Shown here piece after piece: positions 8,527 through 17,967 of a stretch of DNA of 64,000 bases. The position numbers and the translations under genes are program-made. Positions within the stretch are counted from its first letter, which is position 1, and each line of letters opens with the position of its first letter. The notes beneath the pieces were generated by a model, which saw only the letters and a program-made list of their open reading frames with translations, had not been told where the DNA came from and ran no database searches. Source of the DNA: Ralstonia flaminis (GTDB lineage Bacteria; Pseudomonadota; Gammaproteobacteria; Burkholderiales; Burkholderiaceae). The stretch covers positions 101,267-165,266 of the forward strand of contig NZ_CATZLL010000010.1 of NCBI RefSeq assembly GCF_958415495.1, in the 5' to 3' direction.

Positions 8527-10851
8527 CTACTGAGTGGCCAGTGCGACCACATCGATGACAGCATCGGCCTCGTCGACCAGATCGGGTGTTTGCGAGATGA
8601 AGAACTCCCGCTCATACCCTCCCTGGCGCAACACCTCGCGCTTCATTTTCATGAACTCGCGCTTGCGCTCCGGATCAAGCGGGCCATCCGCCTCGTCCGT
8701 GAACAACGTCTGGAAGGCGGTGCCGGCGCCCTGCGCGCGATATAGCGCAATACCACGCGTCAGGCATTCGTTGATCCACACCTTCTGCCCGCCGGACATG
8801 ACCGCGAACTCCTTCTCGCTGTCAGCCTGAGCGTCGTGGACACGAATCTCAAACCCCTCACGCTTATCGCCGTTGGCCAGCTCCGTTTGCGTGTGGATAC
8901 CGATTGTGAATCGGGGTCCATAGCACGCCAGGAGCAGGTCGTTGACCTTCTTCGTGATTTCAGGGCCTGCATCGTCGATCGACAGCGCAATCACACCGTC
9001 ATTGCCCAAGGCCTTGCCGAGCAGCTTCCACGACGAAATCTCGTCGGAGATCCGCTCTGCCTTACGCTGCACAACGGGTAGTGCCTCCAGATCAACCAGG
9101 AGGCCCTGCCGCTCGGTGCTGAGCGCAGTCTGAGTCCGGATCAGTGCTTCAATCCGGCCTTCGAACTGGGCAATGCGCTCGCGCGAGCTGGCAACCTGAC
9201 GATCAAAGTCCGCGATCTTTCCGGTAACGTCGGCACTTTGCAGTGACGTAACCTCCCGGTTGATCGTGGCCAACTGATCGTCCGTCGCAACAACGTCGCG
9301 CTGGTATCGCTCCTTTCGGGCGGCAGCTTCGGCGTTCAGCTCGACCAGATCACGCTCGGCCTTCGCCAGCGTCTCTTGGGCGTCGTCAAGCAATGGCTTC
9401 TGCGCAGCAAGTTCGGTCAGCCGTTGCAACTCCCGTTGGTCGGCCGCCACCTGCCCCTGCAGTGCTCGAAGTGAAGCACGTTGGCCCGCCAACGGCGCGA
9501 GCTGCTCATCGAGCGCCGTCTTGAGCTTGAGCTTGTCCCGGTAGCCGGTTCGAAGCTCTGCCAACGAGATCCGCACTTCCGTGAGATCCGTGCTCGCCCT
9601 GCGCGCCTGAGCCAGCAATGGGCACGTCGAGTGCATCGGATTGTCCCGGCACGGAACAGACTCAATGACGTCGGCCTGGCCCTTCAGCGACTTTTCAAGG
9701 ACAGCCTTCGATTCACCTTGACCGGCCATGTTTTGCAATTCGCCGATGATGCGCGATTGGTCAGGCACAACCTTTTCGAGCTGAGCAATCCCCTCTTGCA
9801 GCCGAATTGCCTCCGACTGTCGCTGCGTGACGGTCAATTGCAAAGCATCACGCGAGGTTGCGGCCGCCAGGATGGCGGTGCTGCTGGCCAGGATTGCGCG
9901 GCGGCTTGAAATGACGGCCCCCAGTTCCTTGGCTTGCGCCTCGGTACGTTGCACGGCAGCCCGTTCGTCGTTGTCAAGCGTTCGGCGCCTTGCTTCCTGG
10001 GCCACCTTCTGTTGGCCAAGCTCACGCATGCGCGCTTCTGCTACGGTGCTGCTCGCCTGCTTGGCTGCAAGCGTCGCACGCTCCTGAACCATCTGCGCAT
10101 TGGCCTCCAGCTCACGATCACGCGCCTGGCGGGTCTCAACCAACGAGGCCTCCGCCTGCTCGATCTCCAAGGAGAGTCGTGCAACACGATCGCGCCGACC
10201 AACCAGGCTGGTGATGTTGTGCTGAACGACATCCAAAGCACGGCCGAGGCACTTCGCCACGTCCATAGCCTTGCCCGACAGCTCACGCATCCGCTCCAGA
10301 CCAAGCAGCTCAGCAAGCAACTTCTTGATTTCAGAGGTCTGGTAGCCAGCAATCGGCCGTCGGTTCTGGGCAGAGAAGACACTGGTGAAGAACGCCTCCG
10401 ATGATCCGAGGACCGATTCCACACAGCGGTTGTACGTCTCCGCCTTACCGTCAGACAGCGATCCGTCTGCCAGTTGAACCGGTTGCCATACGCCGTCCGA
10501 GCCAAGCACAAACAGGTAGTACTCGGCCTTGCGCGTCTTGCCAGAATTACGAAACGCGAACTGTGACCGGTATTGCTGGCCATCGTGCTCCCATTCCAAA
10601 TCCTTTTCGGCCCGGGTACCCGTGAGGTGGTCCCAGTACGAAAACGCATCGGCCGACATCTTCGATGCATGGCTAGGCATCAGCGGATACGGATGCAGGT
10701 TGTCCATGATCGTCGTTTTGCCGGCACCGTTAGGGCCCATCACGGCGATCAGTCCGGTCGGCAGCTCGCGCAGGTCGACCGTCACACTGTCGCGGTGCAT
10801 CCCATCCAGGATGCCGCGAAAGCCAGACAGGGTCAGTTTGAGAGGTCGCAT
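8527..10851 (-). CDS. SbcC/Rad50-like ABC ATPase with long coiled coil, 774 aa
   Basis: N-terminal Walker A (GPNGAGKTT), a long coiled-coil middle rich in Q/E/R/A, and a C-terminal signature/Walker B/D-loop region (FTDEADGPLD). Confidence 0.7.
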   Translation of the reverse strand: MRPLKLTLSGFRGILDGMHRDSVTVDLRELPTGLIAVMGPNGAGKTTIMDNLHPYPLMPSHASKMSADAFSYWDHLTGTRAEKDLEWEHDGQQYRSQFAFRNSGKTRKAEYYLFVLGSDGVWQPVQLADGSLSDGKAETYNRCVESVLGSSEAFFTSVFSAQNRRPIAGYQTSEIKKLLAELLGLERMRELSGKAMDVAKCLGRALDVVQHNITSLVGRRDRVARLSLEIEQAEASLVETRQARDRELEANAQMVQERATLAAKQASSTVAEARMRELGQQKVAQEARRRTLDNDERAAVQRTEAQAKELGAVISSRRAILASSTAILAAATSRDALQLTVTQRQSEAIRLQEGIAQLEKVVPDQSRIIGELQNMAGQGESKAVLEKSLKGQADVIESVPCRDNPMHSTCPLLAQARRASTDLTEVRISLAELRTGYRDKLKLKTALDEQLAPLAGQRASLRALQGQVAADQRELQRLTELAAQKPLLDDAQETLAKAERDLVELNAEAAARKERYQRDVVATDDQLATINREVTSLQSADVTGKIADFDRQVASSRERIAQFEGRIEALIRTQTALSTERQGLLVDLEALPVVQRKAERISDEISSWKLLGKALGNDGVIALSIDDAGPEITKKVNDLLLACYGPRFTIGIHTQTELANGDKREGFEIRVHDAQADSEKEFAVMSGGQKVWINECLTRGIALYRAQGAGTAFQTLFTDEADGPLDPERKREFMKMKREVLRQGGYEREFFISQTPDLVDEADAVIDVVALATQ

Positions 10852-11345
10852 GGTGCCCCCTCACCGCTGAAGCCAGTCATGTAGTAGTCGCCGGGGATCT
10901 CCAGCACCTCACGCGAGTCGTCATACGTGACGACGACGTCGACTTCCGGCTTGCCGGCTAGTGCGCGCTCGAACGAACGCACGGCCGCGAAAAATTGCGT
11001 CCGTGCCAGGTCAAGCACCTCCGGAAAGGTGGTGCATGCGGTCAAGGCCTTGAGTTCAGCCTCACTCCACTGGCTGGTGTAGCCGTTGGAGAGGGACCAC
11101 AGAAGGTTCTGCACCTGGACCGTGGGCGCCACGGTAAAAACCGTGCGCTCACCGTCCGTTTCGACAGCCATGACGAGCATGTGGCCGCGCGTGGCGATCA
11201 CCGCGCCACGACCATGACCGAACGGCTGGAACAGCATCGCACGAGTGAATTCGTGCTTGCCCACCAACCGCGCGGCCAACTCGGAGGCCGGCAGATCGGC
11301 TTCAAAGCAACGGGTCCACTGGGAACCTGCGGGATAGAGAATCAT
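10833..11345 (-). CDS. Hypothetical protein (~170 aa) between the SbcD-like and SbcC-like genes; start chosen at MILYPAG (alternative ATG at 11381)
   Basis: ORF-track frame 10833..11381. GGAG RBS 5 bp before the ATG at 11345. Overlaps the SbcC-like start by 19 bp, suggesting coupling. Confidence 0.45.
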   Translation of the reverse strand: MILYPAGSQWTRCFEADLPASELAARLVGKHEFTRAMLFQPFGHGRGAVIATRGHMLVMAVETDGERTVFTVAPTVQVQNLLWSLSNGYTSQWSEAELKALTACTTFPEVLDLARTQFFAAVRSFERALAGKPEVDVVVTYDDSREVLEIPGDYYMTGFSGEGAPCDLSN

Positions 11346-11425
11346 GATGCACTCCAAAAATTGGGCGAAGCGCATCCCCAACGGGTTGTGCGCCCGTCCG
11401 GGTTCAAAGGAATAGGTACTGCTGG

Positions 11426-11445
11426 TCGATGCGTCGTAGACGCGG
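11426..11445 (+). repeat. 22-mer family copy a: TCGATGCGTCGTAGACGCGG
   Basis: Intergenic, between the SbcD-like gene and the 170-aa gene. Confidence 0.6.
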
Positions 11446-11489
11446 GGAAAACCGAGTTTCGACAGCCCCGAAGGCTGTCGGAACGTGGC

Positions 11490-12908
11490 TCACACGTTCA
11501 AGGGTTGGGCGGCATCTGCCGCGAAAAGGTCATCGGTCAGCCAATCCAACGACGATTGGTTCTGAACTTGGTCAGCGTCCTGCCAGGCCGGCTGAACTGT
11601 CACCGGCTCAGCCGTGGCGGACGCCACCGTTTCACCGTTGTCGGCAGCAGACCCGCTCTCCAACGAGGCGACCACTCGATCCGCGATGTCTTGCGGCTCC
11701 AGTGCCTCCAGGATGGACAGGCGCTCCAGCAACGCGTCCGGCTTCACGTCGGTCAAACCGCACCAACGCTGAACCTTCTCACCGAGAGTCGCCGCGCGGC
11801 TGATGCCCTCCGCACGGCTTCTGACGGCAGGCAACACACGCGGATCCAGCTTCAGCTCCGCGGCGCCGGCGAACAGCGTGCGGATGGCCTCGCGGTCGAC
11901 CAGCTGGCGATGCTCCTCGTCAATGGTCCAGCGAACGCGCACGAACTTGTCCTGCGTTTGCTCGGCGATGTTGGCCAGGCGCTCCATATCCGGCGGGCCG
12001 TCGAAATCGACACAGACCGTTTCGCGCGCCGGCGTTTCCACCTGCACCGCTTCGGCCCGGCCCGGCTTGATCTGCCAGCTCAGGTAGCCCTTCTTGCCCT
12101 TTTCGCCGTAGTGGAAGCACCCGATGGAACCGGCGTAACCGACCAGCCGGCCTTCGCGTTCCCACAACTGCATCGCATGGATATGTCCCAGCATGAAGGC
12201 ATCGCACTCGGCTTCGAACAGCGCGCCGAGCGAGAACTCATGGTCGAACCCGGCCATCGGTACGCCGTGCTCGGTGTAGCAGCCATTGACCGTTCCATGC
12301 GACACACCGATGGTTCGGATGCCTTTGGACCGCAACAGCCGATTCACCTTGCCGGCGGCACCCAGGAATACCGTCAGATGCTCGCCCACCGCGGTTGCCG
12401 CATCCATGGCGCCCACGATGCCCGCCAGCACAGCCTTGTTGACGGTCGGAACGCAGGTGAACACAGCAGAGGGTGTGCCCTCCTGCAGCAGCGTTTCCAG
12501 CTCTTCGACGGTGAACAGCGGGCCGGCCGATGGCAGGAACGTCGATCCGACGAGCGCAACCTGGTGAATGCGATCGGCGACGTAGACGGGGTGGCGGCTA
12601 CCGATCAGCCGGAACAGGTCCAGCGTGCCCGGCGGCTCATGCGAGAAGGTCCCCTGCAGCATGAGGACCGGCATGTGGCCCGACAGCGCATGAATGCGCT
12701 CGGCAAGCACCCGCAGTGCCGGCGTGTGCGCGTCGAGCCGATGATCGGTTGCGTCACCGGAAACGATACCCACATGGCAACCACGCGCGACCGCATCTTC
12801 CACGGCGAAACCGAAGCATCGGTCCGCTTCCACCAACCGCTCAGTCGAATAGTGCAGGTCGGAAAAATGACCCACGTGAAGGCTTTCGCCATCGTTGGGC
12901 ATGCTCAC
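11490..12908 (-). CDS. SbcD/Mre11-like calcineurin-type metallophosphoesterase nuclease, 472 aa
   Basis: Phosphoesterase motifs GHFSDLHY (motif I), GDATD (II), GHIH (V). It sits upstream of the SbcC-like ATPase as in sbcDC operons. Confidence 0.7.
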   Translation of the reverse strand: MSMPNDGESLHVGHFSDLHYSTERLVEADRCFGFAVEDAVARGCHVGIVSGDATDHRLDAHTPALRVLAERIHALSGHMPVLMLQGTFSHEPPGTLDLFRLIGSRHPVYVADRIHQVALVGSTFLPSAGPLFTVEELETLLQEGTPSAVFTCVPTVNKAVLAGIVGAMDAATAVGEHLTVFLGAAGKVNRLLRSKGIRTIGVSHGTVNGCYTEHGVPMAGFDHEFSLGALFEAECDAFMLGHIHAMQLWEREGRLVGYAGSIGCFHYGEKGKKGYLSWQIKPGRAEAVQVETPARETVCVDFDGPPDMERLANIAEQTQDKFVRVRWTIDEEHRQLVDREAIRTLFAGAAELKLDPRVLPAVRSRAEGISRAATLGEKVQRWCGLTDVKPDALLERLSILEALEPQDIADRVVASLESGSAADNGETVASATAEPVTVQPAWQDADQVQNQSSLDWLTDDLFAADAAQPLNV

Positions 12909-12942
12909 CTCCTATGGAATAGCCGCAACCAGAACGGTCACA

Positions 12943-12985
12943 GCAACAGAAAAGAAAAACGGCGTCGGGGGAACTCTCGACGCCG
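12943..12985 (-). terminator. Intrinsic terminator between the 425-aa gene and the SbcD-like gene (stem GGCGTCG..CGACGCC plus U-run on the minus strand)
   Basis: Hairpin at 12961-12985. The A/G-rich run AAAAGAAAAAC at 12949-12960 on the plus strand gives TTTTTCTTTT on the minus transcript. Confidence 0.5.
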
Positions 12986-13023
12986 CACGTTGATGCTACG
13001 ACCAGGCGCCAAGCCGGCGCAGG

Positions 13024-14301
13024 TCAAGCTGAGAACAGACTGCCATCGAACTCCGCTTTCACCTTCTCGCGGAAGGCGGGAGGAGACACGAGAGCCACAC
13101 CCATCTCATCGATCAGCGCTCGCATGTCCTGCTCGCGCTTGGTCCAGCCCTTGCCAAACTTGGAGTGTGCGTACACGCGCAAATGCTCGCGCGTTTCCTG
13201 CCCCTCCATGCCCAGCGCCACGATGAGACGTTCAAACTGCTCGGCGATAGAGCCGCCGACAGGCGGCTCGCTCTGCGCTCCTGGCTGACCACCCTCCTCG
13301 CCTGACGTTGGCGTGGCAGTGGCGGCCGGCTCGGTCGTGGGGTGCTCCAGCAGGGCAACCGTCTGCGTACCCACCTCGATCGCAGCACCAATATGGTCAG
13401 CGCCATCCAGCAGCGCGCCCAGGTCGATTTCGGCATCCAGCGTGGTGAGCCATTGTTTCTGGCGTACCGGCAAGCCGTTATCGTCGATGCGGGAAATCTC
13501 CACTTCCTGCTTGGAGAGCCAGAACCTGGTGCCGACCAGACGGCCGCCGCGCGCAATCGCCACAGTCTGCATGGCCGCATGGGCCTTCTGCAGGACGTAG
13601 ATCGAATTGGTGGGCAACTCAATCAAGCCAAGGCCTCGAATGTCAAGGATCGCAAATAGGAAGCTGGCCGTGAGGTTGCAGTGTCGGTCCTGGTATTGCG
13701 GGCAGACCTGCGGGTCGCATACGCCATCGGGAATGGCGTCGTCCTGGCGCAGGATGATGGTGCGGCCGCCGAAGATGCGCTTTGCACGCCTGGCGCGGTC
13801 ACTGCGCTCGACAGGTGCGTACGTCTTGCATTGACGAAGACCATCCGCCCCGTACTGCGACCAGAACACCTTTCCCGTGCCGTTGAATACCGCCAGCTCG
13901 TTGGGGATGTTGCGCAACCAGTCGTCGAACGCAAAGACGACCGGAAAGCGCCAGAGCTTGAGGCCGTCACCGCGATCCTCCCCGTATCGGGTCAGGATCT
14001 CTTCCGCGATGGCAGGATTCGTGAAATCACTGCCACGACACGTGAAGTACGGCGTATTGCGGGGGATGAGGGCGTAGCTCAGGCCGGTTTTTCGTTCGAT
14101 CTCGGAACCGATGTCCTCGAACGAGAGCCCTTGGGCGAGAAGCGCGTCGTGAATCTGGACGGCTTGGGGATTCTCCCTGGCCTTCTTGGTGAGGACCTTG
14201 ATGCCAGGGCGGATCTTTCCAATGACGGGCGGCCGCAGGGGCCGCTCCTCAATTATGCTGCGCGGGGTCGCGAAGCCTGGGTGGGTTGGGATTGCGTGCA
14301 T
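13024..14301 (-). CDS. Hypothetical protein, 425 aa (Cys cluster CDPQVCPQYQDRHC; no recognised domain)
   Basis: Long ORF with coding-like composition and good periodicity. Heads the SbcD/SbcC-like gene string. Confidence 0.55.
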   Translation of the reverse strand: MHAIPTHPGFATPRSIIEERPLRPPVIGKIRPGIKVLTKKARENPQAVQIHDALLAQGLSFEDIGSEIERKTGLSYALIPRNTPYFTCRGSDFTNPAIAEEILTRYGEDRGDGLKLWRFPVVFAFDDWLRNIPNELAVFNGTGKVFWSQYGADGLRQCKTYAPVERSDRARRAKRIFGGRTIILRQDDAIPDGVCDPQVCPQYQDRHCNLTASFLFAILDIRGLGLIELPTNSIYVLQKAHAAMQTVAIARGGRLVGTRFWLSKQEVEISRIDDNGLPVRQKQWLTTLDAEIDLGALLDGADHIGAAIEVGTQTVALLEHPTTEPAATATPTSGEEGGQPGAQSEPPVGGSIAEQFERLIVALGMEGQETREHLRVYAHSKFGKGWTKREQDMRALIDEMGVALVSPPAFREKVKAEFDGSLFSA

Positions 14302-14570
14302 GAAACGCTCCTGTTGTTCAGGTACTGAACGACTTTGGAACGAAGGGTCTCAGCACGGTCCCCAAGATGCAGGGCGGCGTCGGCCCCGCGTTGGGTCGTT
14401 ACTTCGTTGAGATATGCCGCTCGCGCGGCGTCGGAAAGGCTGGCAACGTGCGCCGCCTCGCAAAAATTTTTCCAGCTGTACGGCTGGTCCTTGTACTTCG
14501 GTCGACGGGCGTGGATCAGTTCGGCGATCTGCGCCTTGATCTGGGATTGCAACGTCATTTCGAGTGCCAT
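14253..14570 (-). CDS. Hypothetical protein, ~105 aa (start at MALEM with GGAGG RBS)
   Basis: Track frame 14253..14609. The internal ATG is preceded 7 bp upstream by ggagg. The 3' end overlaps the next gene by 48 bp. Confidence 0.4.
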   Translation of the reverse strand: MALEMTLQSQIKAQIAELIHARRPKYKDQPYSWKNFCEAAHVASLSDAARAAYLNEVTTQRGADAALHLGDRAETLRSKVVQYLNNRSVSCTQSQPTQASRPRAA

Positions 14571-14601
14571 GGTCAGCTCCTCCGTGTGGGGTCTCTCACT
14601 T

Positions 14602-14645
14602 AAAAGCAAAAAAAGCCCGCTCCGGTAACCGGAAGCGGGCTTCTT
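14602..14645. terminator. Bidirectional intrinsic terminator (A7-GCCCGCTCCGG-TAAC-CGGAAGCGGGC-TTCTT), immediately followed by a second hairpin GCCACGCCCC-TTTC-GGGGCGTGGC at 14661-14683
   Basis: 11-bp GC-rich stem with a U-run on the minus strand and a weaker one on the plus strand. The second perfect 10-bp stem-loop lies 16 bp downstream. Confidence 0.6.
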
Positions 14646-15053
14646 GTGAGAAACCTGCTGCCACGCCCCTTTCGGGGGCGTGGCTCACAGGGAGCGTCGT
14701 GCCAATGCACTTCGCTCAGGGGGGAGAACGTAAAGTCGTTCTCGTGCAGCATGTTCACGCCGCACAACAACCCATTTAGGACTTTCGTCCACCGCAGGTT
14801 CACGGATCAGTCGACGACAACCGTCCTGCACCCGGAGGCGCTGGAGAGAGAGACCACACATTTCCGGGGCTCAGACGGTGTTCACAGGCATGACCTAGGG
14901 TCATACACACGGGAACGCGTATTACGGCTGATAGATGGGGAGTGTCTGGCTAAGCACTCATCACAAGGGGGGATTTCCACACCAGTTGCCAACTGGTCGG
15001 CGCATGCGCAAGGCACGACTTTTTTAAGGAGATGGACTCGCTAGGGAGTCAGT

Positions 15054-15073
15054 TCGATGCGTCGATGACGCGA
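15054..15073 (+). repeat. 22-mer family copy b: TCGATGCGTCGATGACGCGA
   Basis: Inside the 560-bp non-coding region 14650-15210. Confidence 0.6.
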
Positions 15074-15210
15074 GGAGTGATTGCAGTATGCACCAGACAA
15101 TCCATTAGGAATCCCGGAAAGCTCGCCAAAATAGCGTGGCTTTTGTAAGCAGCCACCGTGTTCACGTGCCGGAAAATTTCGAGTGAGAGATGAGATACCA
15201 CACATGAACC

Positions 15211-15798
15211 ATGGTCGCTGCCCAACACCCCCAGGAACTTGAGGCGCCATTAGGCGCGCCACAGCCGAGTACATCCAACTCCGGACTCAAGCCGATCGCG
15301 CGGCTGGTCGGAGAAAACAGGATTAAGCGGATCGTCCCCGAGACGGCCGCCAGTGCTCAAGTCACCTATTCCTCTGTGTACGTTCGCGATTTCCTGCGCT
15401 CCGCGTACAACTTCTGCTCTTCCAAGTTCTCAGTCGCCAGGTCAGGCAAGACCCGAGCGCTCGACGAAAAATTCCGCGAAGCCGAGCTTTGGTTCGAAAA
15501 AGCCATCGCGTGGCACGCGAACAAAAGCCAAACCCCCATCCCCATCGAGACCGATACCGTTGAGGTCCAGGTCACACATCCGCTGTCTGGGCGCCTCATT
15601 CGCCTCCTGAACCAGCACGACAGGCTGTTCGCGCTCGCCATCTTCGCCCGCGTCGCCAACTCCATATCGGCGCTCGAATTCGAGGGCACGATGAAAGTGG
15701 CCGGCAGCAAGATCGCTTCAATCCACCAGAGCTGCATCCCCGACAACGACCGTTTCGCTGCTGACGGCGCACAAGACGGCGACACCCCTGCGGGATAG
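15211..15798 (+). CDS. Hypothetical protein, 195 aa
   Basis: Track ORF. First plus-strand gene after a ~560-bp non-coding region. Confidence 0.5.
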   Translation: MVAAQHPQELEAPLGAPQPSTSNSGLKPIARLVGENRIKRIVPETAASAQVTYSSVYVRDFLRSAYNFCSSKFSVARSGKTRALDEKFREAELWFEKAIAWHANKSQTPIPIETDTVEVQVTHPLSGRLIRLLNQHDRLFALAIFARVANSISALEFEGTMKVAGSKIASIHQSCIPDNDRFAADGAQDGDTPAG

Positions 15799-15991
15799 CC
15801 AACCACACCACCCAACGCACCCATCGGGATGGCAGCCGGCATGGCGCCATATCCGACCTAGCAGCCAACACGGCGCCCGAAACAGTGGCCGGTACGAAGG
15901 CCAGAGGGGATTGTCGTCCCGCGCGAAGGCATCGCGGACCGAATAAACGACCTCTCAGGCGCCCCCCTCACCCCAACCGCTGGAGAGAGCC

Positions 15992-16672
15992 ATGGATATT
16001 CGCGAAATCTACCGATTGCACCAGCAGTACTCGCACTCCCCTGTCACGATCGACATGGGCACGGCGGAAGATCATGCGGCCGCACCGGCCCTTACCTACG
16101 CCGCCGGCGGCAAGCGCCGGTGGGACCAGCACAAGCCTGCCTTGAAGGTTACTGCGATCTGCTGCGCGTTCATCGTGCTGGCCACGATTGCTGGCCTGGG
16201 GCTTGGGGACCTGTACGCCAAGAAGGGCCGGGCGGGTTCGGCGGCAGCGGCCGGGCCCGAGCAAGTCACGCACGCAGTACAGACGCAAGCGCCGGCCGCC
16301 CCTGCCTCGGCGCCGGAACCTGCAGTCGCCGCAAACCAAGCCACGCCGGCAGCCATCGGAAGCTCGACGCCCTCAGCGCCGGTTGCAGCATCTGTCACGG
16401 CCGCGCCCACTGCACCGGTGGCTCAACCACAGCGAGCCGCCCTTTCCGCAGCCGAGGTGGCGCCCCGCGAGCGCGTTCCTGCGCCGGAGAAGGTCGAAAC
16501 AGCCCCGGCTCAGCCCGCTGCTCGGCGTACCGAGCGCACCGCACCCGATCAAGCCCCTGTTACGCGGCCCGCGCCGGCACCCCAACCAACCGCCACGGCA
16601 CCGCGCGCCGCTACACCACCGGCACGCACCACGGAAGCGAATCGTCCGTCCGGCGACGTGAAGATGTTCTGA
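15992..16672 (+). CDS. Membrane-anchored Pro/Ala-rich protein, 226 aa (one TM helix ~res 50-72, then a low-complexity PA-rich extracytoplasmic tail)
   Basis: RBS ggagagag before the ATG. Hydrophobic segment VTAICCAFIVLATIAGLGLG. The stop is 10 bp before the bactofilin start. Confidence 0.55.
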   Translation: MDIREIYRLHQQYSHSPVTIDMGTAEDHAAAPALTYAAGGKRRWDQHKPALKVTAICCAFIVLATIAGLGLGDLYAKKGRAGSAAAAGPEQVTHAVQTQAPAAPASAPEPAVAANQATPAAIGSSTPSAPVAASVTAAPTAPVAQPQRAALSAAEVAPRERVPAPEKVETAPAQPAARRTERTAPDQAPVTRPAPAPQPTATAPRAATPPARTTEANRPSGDVKMF

Positions 16673-16682
16673 GGAGCAAACC

Positions 16683-17066
16683 ATGAAAGAGCAGATGGAA
16701 ATCAGCATCATCAACGAGGGCATGGCGATTCACGGCAATGTCGACATGGACCATGGCGGCTCCATCCTGGGTCTCGTCAATGGCAACGTCGTCTCGTCAG
16801 GCGGCCTTCTCCACATCGGCCCGGCCGCCGTCATCAAGGGGTCGGTCACCGGGCAGTTCGTATTGATCCAGGGCGCAGTCGAAGGCGACGTCAATGCCCA
16901 GGTCTCTCTCAAGGTGGAAGGTGCGGTCAAAGGCGAGATCCGCTACGCCGGCACGATTCGGCTCGGCCCGCACGCCAACCTGGAGGGTCGCATCACGCGC
17001 ATTCCGCGCCTTTCAGCGGCGGCGCCCGCGCCTCCTGTCGAAGATGCGCTCGAATCGAGTACCTGA
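16683..17066 (+). CDS. Bactofilin (DUF583) polymer-forming cytoskeletal protein, 127 aa
   Basis: Repetitive beta-helical G/V-rich segments (GNVDMDHGGSILGLVNGNVVSSGGLLHIGPAAVIKGSVTG...), typical of bactofilin/CcmA. Confidence 0.65.
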   Translation: MKEQMEISIINEGMAIHGNVDMDHGGSILGLVNGNVVSSGGLLHIGPAAVIKGSVTGQFVLIQGAVEGDVNAQVSLKVEGAVKGEIRYAGTIRLGPHANLEGRITRIPRLSAAAPAPPVEDALESST

Positions 17067-17225
17067 CGCTGGCCTCTCGCCACAGCATGGCGGCAATGCG
17101 AAATCGACACGACGCAAACACCATGAAAATCACCGACGGCGTGATGGATCGACACGAGATGCCGCGCTTCCAGCTCTTTGGCTGTCTGACCAGCCGCACC
17201 AACAAACCCAACTGACAGGTCGATC

Positions 17226-17957
17226 ATGCACCTTGCATCCAGATACGCCGCCCTCATTCCGGTCGCCGCACTCTGCCTTGGCTTGGCCGCCTGCAGCGAC
17301 AAGACAACCGATACAGCCAAGCAGATCAACCGGGAGATCGAGACAACCAAGACCATCTCCGACCCGGTTTCTGCTCTGGCCAAGCTCGATCCGCTGCAGG
17401 GTAGTGGTCGAGATGCCCTGACTGGTTGCGAAGTCGTCTGTGGCGATATTGTGCAAGCCATGGCCAACCTGGACGACGCACGCACGGCGCGGATCAAGCA
17501 AGCGATGGACCGGCTCACGCCGGCAAAGCTGGCGGAATACTTCGAGGGCGACTCGATGCTGCCCCTACGCGACGACATGGCGCCCCGCATTCTCGCGGCG
17601 GCCCAGGCTTCCACGGGTACCGCAGTCAATAGTCGGCTCCTGCGTGTTGCTGGCCAGATCGTGCGCGATGGAAAATACGTGATTCGTAGCTCCGACAAGG
17701 CGGCAGAGTTGTTCGCGCGCGCCTGGTTGGCGGGCGACCCGACCGCAGCGGCGAACAACGCGCAGCTCTACGATTCGTTGCATGACCTGAACAACGCCTA
17801 CCTTTGGGCGTTACGCTGCCGAGCCGAGTGCCATCCTGATGACGGCTACCGCCCGGTCAACGCGGAATCGCTACGCAGCCGCCTATCCACGGCGGCGATC
17901 CGGCAGGCCGAACAGGCGGCACTCGACCCCACCGTGCTGTCTCTCGCTGGGCGCTAG
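17226..17957 (+). CDS. Lipoprotein, 243 aa (lipobox LAAC)
   Basis: Signal peptide with LGLAAC|SDK lipobox. Confidence 0.55.
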   Translation: MHLASRYAALIPVAALCLGLAACSDKTTDTAKQINREIETTKTISDPVSALAKLDPLQGSGRDALTGCEVVCGDIVQAMANLDDARTARIKQAMDRLTPAKLAEYFEGDSMLPLRDDMAPRILAAAQASTGTAVNSRLLRVAGQIVRDGKYVIRSSDKAAELFARAWLAGDPTAAANNAQLYDSLHDLNNAYLWALRCRAECHPDDGYRPVNAESLRSRLSTAAIRQAEQAALDPTVLSLAGR

Positions 17958-17967
17958 GGGAACCACC

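Noticed and set aside
10995-13226. 743-aa plus-strand ORF spanning the SbcD-like gene
   Set aside because: Antisense to a gene with intact metallophosphoesterase motifs. Its translation is Arg/Gly/His-rich and featureless.
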